Shown here: piece by piece, positions 1 to 7,188 of the stretch
How the letters are laid out: the number at the start of each line of letters is the position of its first letter
How positions within the stretch are numbered: position 1 is the first letter of the stretch
Source: Octopus sinensis
Taxonomy: Eukaryota
Direction: 5' to 3'
NCBI RefSeq assembly: GCF_006345805.1
Contig: NW_021827731.1
Span: 1 to 10,007 of the forward strand
DNA length: 10,007 nucleotides
Translations under genes and position numbers: made by a program
The notes under the pieces: generated by a model
What the model was told of the DNA's origin: nothing
The model's database searches: none
Seen by the model: only the letters and a program-made list of their open reading frames with translations

Positions 1-2
1 TA

Positions 3-33
<31 letters not shown>
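1..33. repeat. (TAA)n microsatellite abutting the 5'-truncation point of a Dong-like element
   Basis: Read directly: taatataataataataa...aat. Retrotransposon coding similarity begins immediately afterwards. Confidence 0.95.
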
Positions 34-34
<1 letters not shown>

Positions 35-708
35 GGTCGAATGCGTGACTCATATTGTTAGTGCTTGTAAAGTCTTGCGTAGAAAGAGTACAAGCGTAGA
101 TACGACACGGTAATCCAAGGCCTCCTCTGGCTACTACGCCATAAGTATGGATATGAGGTTACGGGTGCTTGGTACCAACATACACCGGAAAAGGTAATAG
201 ACGAAAAGGGGAAGCCAAAATCCTCTGAGGCTTTGACGTCCAGACAGACAAGGTATTAGAGCACCGAAGGCCGGATATAATAACCTTCAGGAGGGACCAA
301 CAAGAGTGCCTAATAATTGACGTAGCAGTGCCAGGAGGTCAATATATCATAATGAAAGAAAGAGAAAAGTTTGATAAATATGGAGGCCTGAAAATTGAGA
401 TCGCTAAGAGGTGGCAACTACGAGAGTTGAACATAAAGTTAATCCCTATTGTAATCGGAGCATTGGGCTCAATGCGACCCAATCTGAAAAAAAAAACATC
501 CGAAAACCTTAGAAATACCCTACAATCTAGGTATATTGCAAAAGTCGGCATTACTTGGAACTGCGCGCATATTGCATTAAGTACTGTCTGTCTGAGGTCC
601 TTGTTGTGACTTGACAAACAGTACAAACCCCCGGTAGACACAATATCTTCAATCAATAACCTCACGATATTGTATACTGTGCGACATCTATGATGATGAT
701 GATAATGA
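34..708 (+). mobile_element. 5'-truncated R4/Dong-like (RLE-class) non-LTR retrotransposon: end of zinc knuckle, restriction-like endonuclease, 3' UTR and (ATG/TAA)n tail
   Basis: Manual translation across three frameshifts (36-595) gives VECVTHIVSACKVL / KEYKRRYDTVIQGLLWLLRHKYGYEVTGAWYQHTPEKV / KIL*GFDVQTDKVLEHRRPDIITFRRDQQECLIIDVAVPGGQYIIMKEREKFDKY...IPIVIGALG / LQKSALLGTARILH*VLSV*. This contains HxxxxC, a decayed RHD, RPD...IIDV...KxxKY and the PIVIGALG and LQKxxLLGT motifs typical of R4/Dong C-termini. The stop is at 593-595 and the tail at 690-708. Confidence 0.9.
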
Positions 709-759
709 AAAGACGGAGAAGGAGGAGGGGGAGGAGGCGGATGAGGAGGGAAGATAGAG

Positions 760-898
760 AATGGTTTCTGCAAAAGTATTCTTTTAAGAACGAGAAAGAT
801 TGCTCGGAAGATACTTGATATCAAACGAAAACGGTTGTCATCTGGTATCAATGTACAATGATTCTAACTGAAACATATTTAATCACACCATTGGGTAA
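760..898 (+). mobile_element. Second, short and diverged R4/Dong-like 3' end
   Basis: Positions 772-822 translate as KSILLRTRKIARKILDI, preceded by LQ in the adjacent frame. This aligns without gaps to KSALLGTARILH*VLSV of the first copy. It has the same terminal hairpin and is followed by a taataatggtgatg... tail. Confidence 0.65.
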
Positions 899-913
899 TA
901 ATGGTGATGGTGG

Positions 914-955
<42 letters not shown>

Positions 956-958
956 CAA
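897..958. repeat. (GAT)n microsatellite
   Basis: Read directly. It lies between the Dong-like 3' end (+) and the SINE 3' end (-). Confidence 0.95.
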
Positions 959-1128
959 TGGTTCCAAATTTTGGCAAAAGGCCAGCTATTTCAGGAGGGG
1001 CAGGTGTAAGTCAATTACATCGACCCCCCCAGTGTTCAACTGGTAACTATTTTATCGACCCGAATGAAATGAATGATATAAGTCGATCTGCATAATTTTA
1101 AATCATAAAGTAAAGAGCCGGAAGAAAA
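957..1128 (-). mobile_element. Decayed SINE fragment (tRNA-derived type) with a (CAT)n tail
   Basis: The minus strand reads ...agatcgacttatatcattcatttcattcgggtcgataaaatagttaccagttgaacactgggggggtcgatgtaattgacttacacctgcccctcctgaaatagctggccttttgccaaaatttggaacc and then (att/cat)n. I recognise this from memory as an abundant octopus SINE body. The Pol III boxes are eroded, so the family assignment is unverified. Confidence 0.7.
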
Positions 1129-1245
1129 CAATTGGAATTATGTATGATCTGTTTAAATGAGACGTTGGCAAGTTTTGTATATAAAGAAAACAAATATGAT
1201 TCATTTTTAATAATCTCTTTATTTCTAAGAGTACGCACCACCACA

Positions 1246-1334
1246 CGTATATATATATATGCGTATATATATACATATATATACGCGTATATATATATAC
1301 GGGTGTGTGCGTTTTGTTACACCCGTATGCAGTA

Positions 1335-1405
<71 letters not shown>

Positions 1406-1422
1406 CATTATATATATATATA
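1246..1422. repeat. Compound (TA)n/(CT)n microsatellite with an internal 10-bp inverted repeat
   Basis: Read directly. The inverted repeat is atacgggtgt (1297-1306) and acacccgtat (1319-1328). Confidence 0.9.
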
Positions 1423-1510
1423 AATAATAATTATTAAATACTAGGTTGTAGTGTTTCACCAAAGGTACAATTATAATTGTTCCTCATGTGACTAAGGTGT
1501 GCAAAAACAC

Positions 1511-1725
1511 ATATGTATGTATGTATTTATGTATGTATGTATGTATGTATGTATGTATGTATGTATTATGTATGTATGTATGCTTGCATGCATGTATGTA
1601 TGTATGCATGTATGCATGTATGATTTCTGTATTTATATATATATTATATATATATATATATATATGCATGTATGTTTGTATGTATGTATATGTATGTGTG
1701 TTTGAGTGTGTGTGTGGTTTGTGTT
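1511..1725. repeat. Compound (TATG)n/(TA)n/(TG)n microsatellite
   Basis: Read directly. Confidence 0.95.
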
Positions 1726-1887
1726 AAATGATTATTTATAACCTTGTGTATACACTGGTAGCATGCCAATTAAACACTTTCATTGTCTATGGCTATCTGA
1801 TTGTCAGTGAATTCCTCGGTGTTCGTCGAGCATAAAACAATCGATAAAGAATCTCGTGAATTCCATTTCCTGTTTTCTCATTTTCCA

Positions 1888-1913
1888 TGTATGTCTGCAT
1901 GTATATATTATAT

Positions 1914-1945
<32 letters not shown>

Positions 1946-1960
1946 ATATATATATGTATG

Positions 1961-1992
<32 letters not shown>

Positions 1993-2112
1993 TGTATATG
2001 TGTATGTATGTATATGTGTATGTATGTATGTATGTATGTATGTATGTATGTATGTATGTACGTTCTATATATGTGCTGCGTGTGCGGCGTCCTCTGTTTA
2101 TGTGTGTGTGTA
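1888..2112. repeat. Compound (TA)n/(TATG)n microsatellite
   Basis: Read directly. Confidence 0.95.
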
Positions 2113-2114
2113 TC

Positions 2115-2232
2115 AAGGTTTTGAACAGAAAGAACACAAAGAGAAACACTTTGACGAAAGTAGAGCAAACGGGAACCTCGACGAAAACTTAACGGACGGG
2201 AAATATAGACTGAGATATAATACACGTAATAT
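2115..2232 (-). mobile_element. Probable decayed Penelope 3'/pseudo-LTR fragment
   Basis: aacagaaagaacac (2124-2137) matches aacagaaaggaacac (3341-3355) in the 3' region of the Penelope fragment, in the same orientation. The island is embedded in microsatellite about 100 bp from the hammerhead motif. Confidence 0.4.
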
Positions 2233-2235
2233 TTT

Positions 2236-2445
2236 ACATATACACATATGTATATGTGTGTGTATGTATAATATATATATATATGTATGTATATACATAT
2301 ATATATAACAAAACATATATATATAACAAAACCTGTTACTCTGAGTTTCACGTTCCCGTTCGTCGGACAGTTATGTATGTATGTATGTATGTGTGTATGT
2401 TTGTATGTATGTATGTATTTATGTATGTACGTATGATTATGTATT
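2236..2445. repeat. (TA)n/(TATG)n microsatellites flanking the hammerhead island
   Basis: Read directly. It includes a tandem duplication of cat(at)n-aacaaaa at about 2296-2331 and is interrupted by unique sequence at 2332-2371. Confidence 0.9.
2333..2370 (-). ncRNA. Minimal type I hammerhead ribozyme motif (Penelope-type, U4C core variant)
   Basis: The minus strand reads CUGU-CCGACGA-ACG(GGAA)CGU-GAAA-CUC(A)GAG-UA-ACAG. Stem I is CUGU/ACAG and the core is C3 C4 G5 A6 C7 G8 A9. Stem II is ACG/CGU capped by a GNRA loop, followed by GAAA. Stem III is ACUC/GAGU and is quasi-palindromic. The cleavage triplet is GUA. Confidence 0.8.
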
Positions 2446-2744
2446 TGCAAAAAATGAAAAGGAATGGCTTTTGTGATAATTTTGTTCCTCTTAAATGAGG
2501 GAAGATTATCAGAAAAATCATTCCTAATCATTTTCTCAAATTATTAATACAGTGCCAAAAACTTCCTATTTCTAATTCTAGAATTATTACGTATCTGCAT
2601 GTATTAGTTTGATTATTTGTCTTCTGAAGATTTGAACATTTTTTTAATAACTAAATGCATAATTGCTGCCACTAAGATATTAATGGGACCTATGTAAAAT
2701 AAATTCAAACAATTAATTGGTTGTTTTATTTAATACGTAATCCT

Positions 2745-2895
2745 TGTGTGTGCGTGTGTGTGTGTGTGTGTGCGTGTGTGTGTGTGTGCGTGTGTGTGTG
2801 CGTGCGTGTGTGCGTGTGTGTGTCGTGTGATTGTGTCTTTGTGCCTTTGTGTCTGTGTGTGTGCGTACGTGTATGTGTTTACGGGTGTTTGTGTG
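2745..2895. repeat. (TG)n/(TGCG) microsatellite
   Basis: Read directly. Confidence 0.95.
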
Positions 2896-3159
2896 GTTTT
2901 TCTACCTGTATATGTATAGGTATAAACTTTGTATCTATGTGTTCGCGCGCCTTCGCATTTTGTTTATCCCCACCCAGCGTTTTCTCAACCCTCCTTAGTA
3001 ATTTACCTGTTCGTTGAAAATAATAAATAAAAGTTATTGGAAAAGGCAGCTAAATTAACAAGAGAACTGGTTTCGGTTTGTTCAACAAATTCCTTCTCGG
3101 GAGTCCGCAACAAGGCCACAATCAAATAATTGAAATAATTAATAGAATAACTGAATGTA

Positions 3160-3224
3160 ATATATGTATGTATGTATGTATATATGTATGTATATACATA
3201 TGATGTATATATATATATATATAC
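3160..3224. repeat. (TATG)n/(TA)n microsatellite at the 3' boundary of the Penelope fragment
   Basis: Read directly. Confidence 0.9.
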
Positions 3225-4152
3225 AGATGAAATTAACAAAAAAACAAGGAACAATGACAGGTGTATTAACAACAAGCAGCTGTATTATTTTGAAGCTCAG
3301 GAAGGTGAGAAAATCTTTTACGCTTCCTATTGTGCCTTTCAACAGAAAGGAACACGAGGAAGTAAACAGATAGAGAGAAAAACTTGTGGATTTAGCGGTC
3401 AATCATAGCGATTGGCTGGAAGAAATTATTTGAATAGGAGAGCTAGAAAAAGAAGAGATAGTAAAGTACTGGTGATCCCAAAATGAAGATGTGCATGTGT
3501 GTAAGAGTGTATAAATAGAAGCATGTGGATAGCGGCTGGATAGGAGTGATAGCGGCTGATAGCATGTAGATACGAGTGAGAAGAGGAAGTAGGTGTCAGT
3601 GGAAGAGAGGAAAAGTTAGATGAAGAGGGGAGGGAAGTTGAGCCCAATGGCGCAAAGGAGCAAAGTGAGAAGATTAATTCTTGTTCATGGCGAAGGCGGG
3701 AGTCCGGATAGTCCCTGTGCCTAGACAATCCGAACACTGACAGGTGTTGTAATGAATGACCGGTACACCAAGATGTCATTGCTGGTCAGCCAAGTGGCGT
3801 CCCGTTTGACCAATGTACAGAGAAGGAAAGAAAGAGCAGGAGATGCAGTAAATTACGTTGCTAGAAATGCAGGTAAAAGAATCAATGATATGATAGGGGC
3901 GATTATGGGTGCCTGTCAGGATGGTGATATTAGGGAGGTAGGGGAAAGTGATGCAGCATGGGCGGGAGCAGGGGAACTTGCCAGGTTGGGAGGTAGGGTT
4001 ACGGAAGAAACTGTGGAGCAGGAGGTCACGCAGGTTGTGGGCTCGGTTGAAGGAACTAGTTTGGGGAAGATGTGCGAAGTGGAGGGTTCGGACTGGAATC
4101 GCCGGAAGGCTTGGAGAATGATTCGCTGGATGGTTGTAACAATGGTGGGCAC
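3225..4152 (-). mobile_element. 5'-truncated Penelope-like retroelement (Neptune-like): linker, GIY-YIG endonuclease and 3' UTR/pseudo-LTR
   Basis: The coding relic runs 4152 to 3616 (see the pseudogene entry). It is followed by about 390 bp of pyrimidine-rich 3' sequence containing a decayed hammerhead-like motif at 3315-3349. Both ends abut microsatellites, and the boundaries are approximate. Confidence 0.85.
3616..4152 (-). pseudogene. Penelope GIY-YIG endonuclease, frameshifted with internal deletions
   Basis: Joined frames give IQRIILQAFRRFQSEPSTSHIFP / SSFNRAHNLRDLLLHS...GKFPCSRPCCITFPY...DSFTCISSNVIYCISCSFFPSLYIGQTGRHLAD / TGHSLQHLSVFGLSRHRDYPDSRLRHEQELIFSLCSFAPLG. VIY is at 3848-3856 and YIG at 3809-3817, and the RLRxEQ catalytic Glu helix is present. 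The Cys cluster in the linker is the Neptune-group hallmark. The R..EH segment expected after GRHLAD is deleted. Confidence 0.9.
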
Positions 4153-4448
4153 CCACACACATATACATACATATGTATCTCTGTCTGTTCCTAATGCATT
4201 CTCAAACAGTTCAAACAAATCAAATTAAATTTTACATCATAATACTAAGAGACCCGAGGAGTGTCAACATGTAAATTTTGGGATTAAAACAATACAACAA
4301 TACAACTGGTTCCGTATTACGTCTCAAAACTCGAAGAATAAAAATGAAAACTTAGTCGGCGTAAGTTATAGTTTTACTTCTATATTGTTTCACATTTGAT
4401 ACTTTCATTTTAAAATGTTTCACTTTTAATAGTTTCAGTATATATTAG

Positions 4449-4623
4449 TATATATGTATGTATATATGTGGTGGGTGTCGTGTGTGTATGTGAGTGTGTG
4501 AGTATGTGTATACATATAGGTGTATATATATGTGTTTATATATTATATATATGTGAATATATATATGTATATATATACATGTATGTATATATGTATGTAT
4601 ATATATATGTATATATATATATG

Positions 4624-4705
<82 letters not shown>
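4449..4705. repeat. Compound (TG)n/(TATG)n/(TA)n microsatellite
   Basis: Read directly. Confidence 0.95.
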
Positions 4706-4706
<1 letters not shown>

Positions 4707-4709
4707 TGG

Positions 4710-4969
4710 TTGCATAACATATTTGAAGACAAACAAAAAAACAGATAATATATAATAACAGAAAATAACTTTATTTATCAAAAACTGGTGTGCGGATAAA
4801 AATAAACCTTCTTTTCTATAATGTTATTCAATAAAACCACCTTCAGCTTTAACAACCGCTTTTATATGAGATGTAAATCGTCTACATGCCGGAATCAAGT
4901 GGTTTATTTTGACATTATTCTGACCATGGCAACTTTCAAAGTACTTTGGTGTTATGAGCATGTTCATTG

Positions 4970-5012
<43 letters not shown>

Positions 5013-5605
5013 CCTCAACAACGCTCTACATTTAACAGTCCAATGGATTGATATCTGGGGAACTCGGAGGCCAAATATTGGCGGTTATGTGATGTTGAAA
5101 GTTTTCAGCCATCCATTCCTTTGTTACTAGTGTGATAGTGCAGAGTCTTACTGAAACACATATGAACTTCCATTGCATACACTGTCTATCCAGGACCTCA
5201 ATGTAGGCCTCAGAATTAACTCTAAGGCCTTGTGGAAAGAAATAAGGAGGCATTACATGTCCTTCATTGTTGACAATCCCTAAAACCATGACAGTTACAG
5301 AAAATTTTGTTCGCATAACATTTGGAACTTCAGAAGGGTCTGCACATAGTGATCTGTCATTTCTTCTGTTAACTTTTTGAACTTGATCGAAGTTTTCTCG
5401 TTTGAAAAAAAAACAAATCAAATCTTCTGCTGGATTTTTCAGTGTGTTTAAGAGCTTTTAGATCTGATGTGGTGATTTTCTTTTGCTTTTGCTGACAAAT
5501 TGACCATTCCTCATTATATAAGATTTATATCTGATGTCTCGTGGACAACATTTCTGACTATTCTTTCTGATACATGGAGATCTTTTGCAATTGACCTCAT
5601 GGTGC
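4710..5605 (-). mobile_element. Decayed Tc1/mariner-superfamily DNA transposon, maT/DD37D-like transposase pseudogene (coding relic 5600 to 4824)
   Basis: Joined frames give MRSIAKDLHVSERIVRNVVHE/DIRYKSYIMRNGQF (HTH), then LICFF/SNEK/NFDQVQKVNRRNDR...VMVLGIVNNEGHVMPPYFFPQGLRVNSEAYIEVL / WIDSVCNGSSYVFQ*DSALSH / VTKEWMAENFQHHITANIWPPSSPDINPLD, then HLIPACRRFTSHIKAVVKAEGGFIE*. The SPDxNPLD motif has D as the third catalytic residue. The exact D-D spacing is disrupted by a small deletion, so DD37D is inferred from motif style. No TIR pair is identifiable. Confidence 0.9.
4972..5012. repeat. (CT)n microsatellite inside the transposase relic
   Basis: Read directly. Confidence 0.95.
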
Positions 5606-5776
5606 TATATATGTTAACTTTAAAAGCGATCGGCCTTTATATATCCATATATAATAAAGTAATAATTGTCAGTATTCCTGGTGTAGCACACCGATTTTAA
5701 TTTTAGTTCAGGCCATAGTGGGAAACGGGAATAGTCACCAAAGAGAAAAGGGCAAAAGAAAATGATTAACGACAAC

Positions 5777-5801
5777 TACGAGGGATACGTTTAATAAATA
5801 A
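5777..5801 (+). mobile_element. Possible solo mariner-type terminal inverted repeat remnant
   Basis: TA-CGAGGGatacgtttaataaataa resembles the TA|CGAGGG...TTCAATAA termini of mariner elements. No partner TIR is present in the window. Confidence 0.3.
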
Positions 5802-5830
5802 CTGACGTCGTCCAGTCAATCAGTCAGTCA

Positions 5831-5842
5831 ATATATATATAT

Positions 5843-5880
<38 letters not shown>

Positions 5881-6388
5881 ATATATATACATATATAATA
5901 TATATTATACGTATATGTATAATAAATATTATATATATATATATATTTATTTATTTATTTACACACACACATATATAATATATATAATATATACATATAC
6001 ATATATATAATATATATAATATACATATACATATATATTATATTATATATATAATATATATATATTAATAATATATATATATAATAATATATATATATAA
6101 TATATATATATAATATACATATACATATATAAATGTATGCATACTGCAGACACATATATATATATACTCTCACATGCACACACACATACGTGGATATATA
6201 TATATATGTGTGTGTGTGTGGTGTGTGCGTGTGTGTGCGTGTGTGTGTATATTATATATGTGTGTGTTTGTATATATCTAATATATATATATATACATAT
6301 ATATAATATATATATATTATATATATATATATCTATATAATATATATATATAATATATATATATGTATGCATGTATGTATTTATATAC
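5831..6388. repeat. Long degenerate (TA)n-dominated compound microsatellite with (CA)n and (TG)n blocks
   Basis: Read directly. Confidence 0.95.
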
Positions 6389-6751
6389 AAGTGAATAAAT
6401 CTATGGTAACAAATGATTAGTAGGAGGAGGAGATCGTGAACGGAGATAGTGGATCGTTTCTGCAGGAGTAAATCCCAGTTGTTATAGGTACTCAAAATAT
6501 CATTATCAATATACTTGTTAGTTTCCTCATGTGCGCTCAGAGTATTTATTTACCATACATTTGTTATTTATTCATTTATAAGTAATGGATCGCAACACAC
6601 CCGAATTTATATATACATGTGCGTGTGTGTGTGTGTGTGTGTTATAAATTAAAACAAACAATAAAACGTTGTCATTATAGTAGTCGGAGTTTTGAATGTT
6701 GGAGCGAAGGGCTATGATACATTGTCGTCGGCTATAATATTATATTATTTT

Positions 6752-6790
6752 TTGTTGTTGTTGTTGTCGTCGTCGTCGTCGTTGTTGTCG
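6752..6790. repeat. (TTG)n/(TCG)n trinucleotide tract
   Basis: Read directly. It lies immediately 5' of the SINE. Confidence 0.9.
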
Positions 6791-6799
6791 TTATTATAT

Positions 6800-7188
6800 T
6801 GTGGAGACGCAATGGCCCAGTGGCTAGGGCAGCGGATTCGCGGTCATAGGATCGCGGTTTCGGTTCCCAGACCGGGCGTTGTGAGTGTTTATTGAGCGAA
6901 AACACCTAAAAAAGCTCCACGAGGCTCCGGCAGGGGATGGTGGTGATCCCTGCTGTACTCTTTCACCACAACTTTCTCTCACTCTTACTTCCTGTTTCTG
7001 TTGTACCTGTATTTCAAGGGGCCGGCCTTGTCACTCTCTGTGTCACGCTGAATATCCCCGAGAACTACGTTGAGGGTGCACGTGTCTGTGGAGTGCTCAG
7101 CCACTTACACGTTAATTTCACGAGCAGGCTGTTCCGTTGATTCGGATCAACCGGAACCCTCATCGTCGTAACCGACGGAGTGCTTCCA
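6800..7188 (+). mobile_element. Apparently full-length tRNA-derived SINE with an 11-bp target-site duplication
   Basis: It has a tRNA-like head with A box TGGCCCAGTGG (6813-6823) and B-box-like GTTTCGGTTCC (6857-6867). The body is about 390 bp, GC- and CpG-rich, and ends in two 3' stem-loops. It is flanked by the direct repeat cgttattatat at 6789-6799 and 7189-7199. Confidence 0.9.
6813..6867 (+). promoter_or_regulatory. RNA polymerase III internal promoter (A and B boxes) of the SINE
   Basis: The A box matches TRGCNNAGTGG. The B box deviates slightly from GGTTCGANTCC. The spacing is tRNA-like. Confidence 0.7.

Noticed and set aside
339-851. 170-aa minus-strand ORF with poly-Pro and poly-His
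   Set aside because: It is the antisense of the Dong-like relics plus GGA and ATG repeats.
858-1095. Poly-Asp and poly-Met ORFs
   Set aside because: They are the (GAT)n tract read into the antisense SINE.
1441-1495. Minus-strand CACAUGA-GG-hairpin-CC...GAAAC around the 14-bp palindrome acaattataattgt (1467-1480), as a possible further hammerhead
   Set aside because: It has two core mismatches including G5, six extra bases before GAAA, and no convincing stem I or III. It may be a very old relic but I cannot support it.
2624-2630. Exact CUGAAGA hammerhead core heptamer on the plus strand
   Set aside because: No stem II or GAAA follows, so it is a chance match.
1103-3017. Many overlapping ORFs rich in Y, I, M, C, V, H and T (also 4445-4781 and 5955-6495)
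   Set aside because: They are translations of (TA)n, (TATG)n and (TG)n microsatellites, which lack stop codons in several frames. They contain no protein motifs.
3752-4228. 158-aa plus-strand ORF
   Set aside because: It is the antisense shadow of the Penelope GIY-YIG region.
5640-5675. tccatatataataaag as a possible Helitron 5' end
   Set aside because: It is too short and AT-rich, and no matching 3' hairpin-CTRR end was found.
6415-6500. GC-richer island that could be a small host exon (EEEIVNGDSGSFLQ on +)
   Set aside because: There is no polypyrimidine acceptor and no recognisable protein motif. It would need RNA-seq evidence.
6801-6875. tRNA gene
   Set aside because: There is no closed acceptor stem or nearby poly-T terminator. 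The sequence continues into a SINE body bounded by a TSD.
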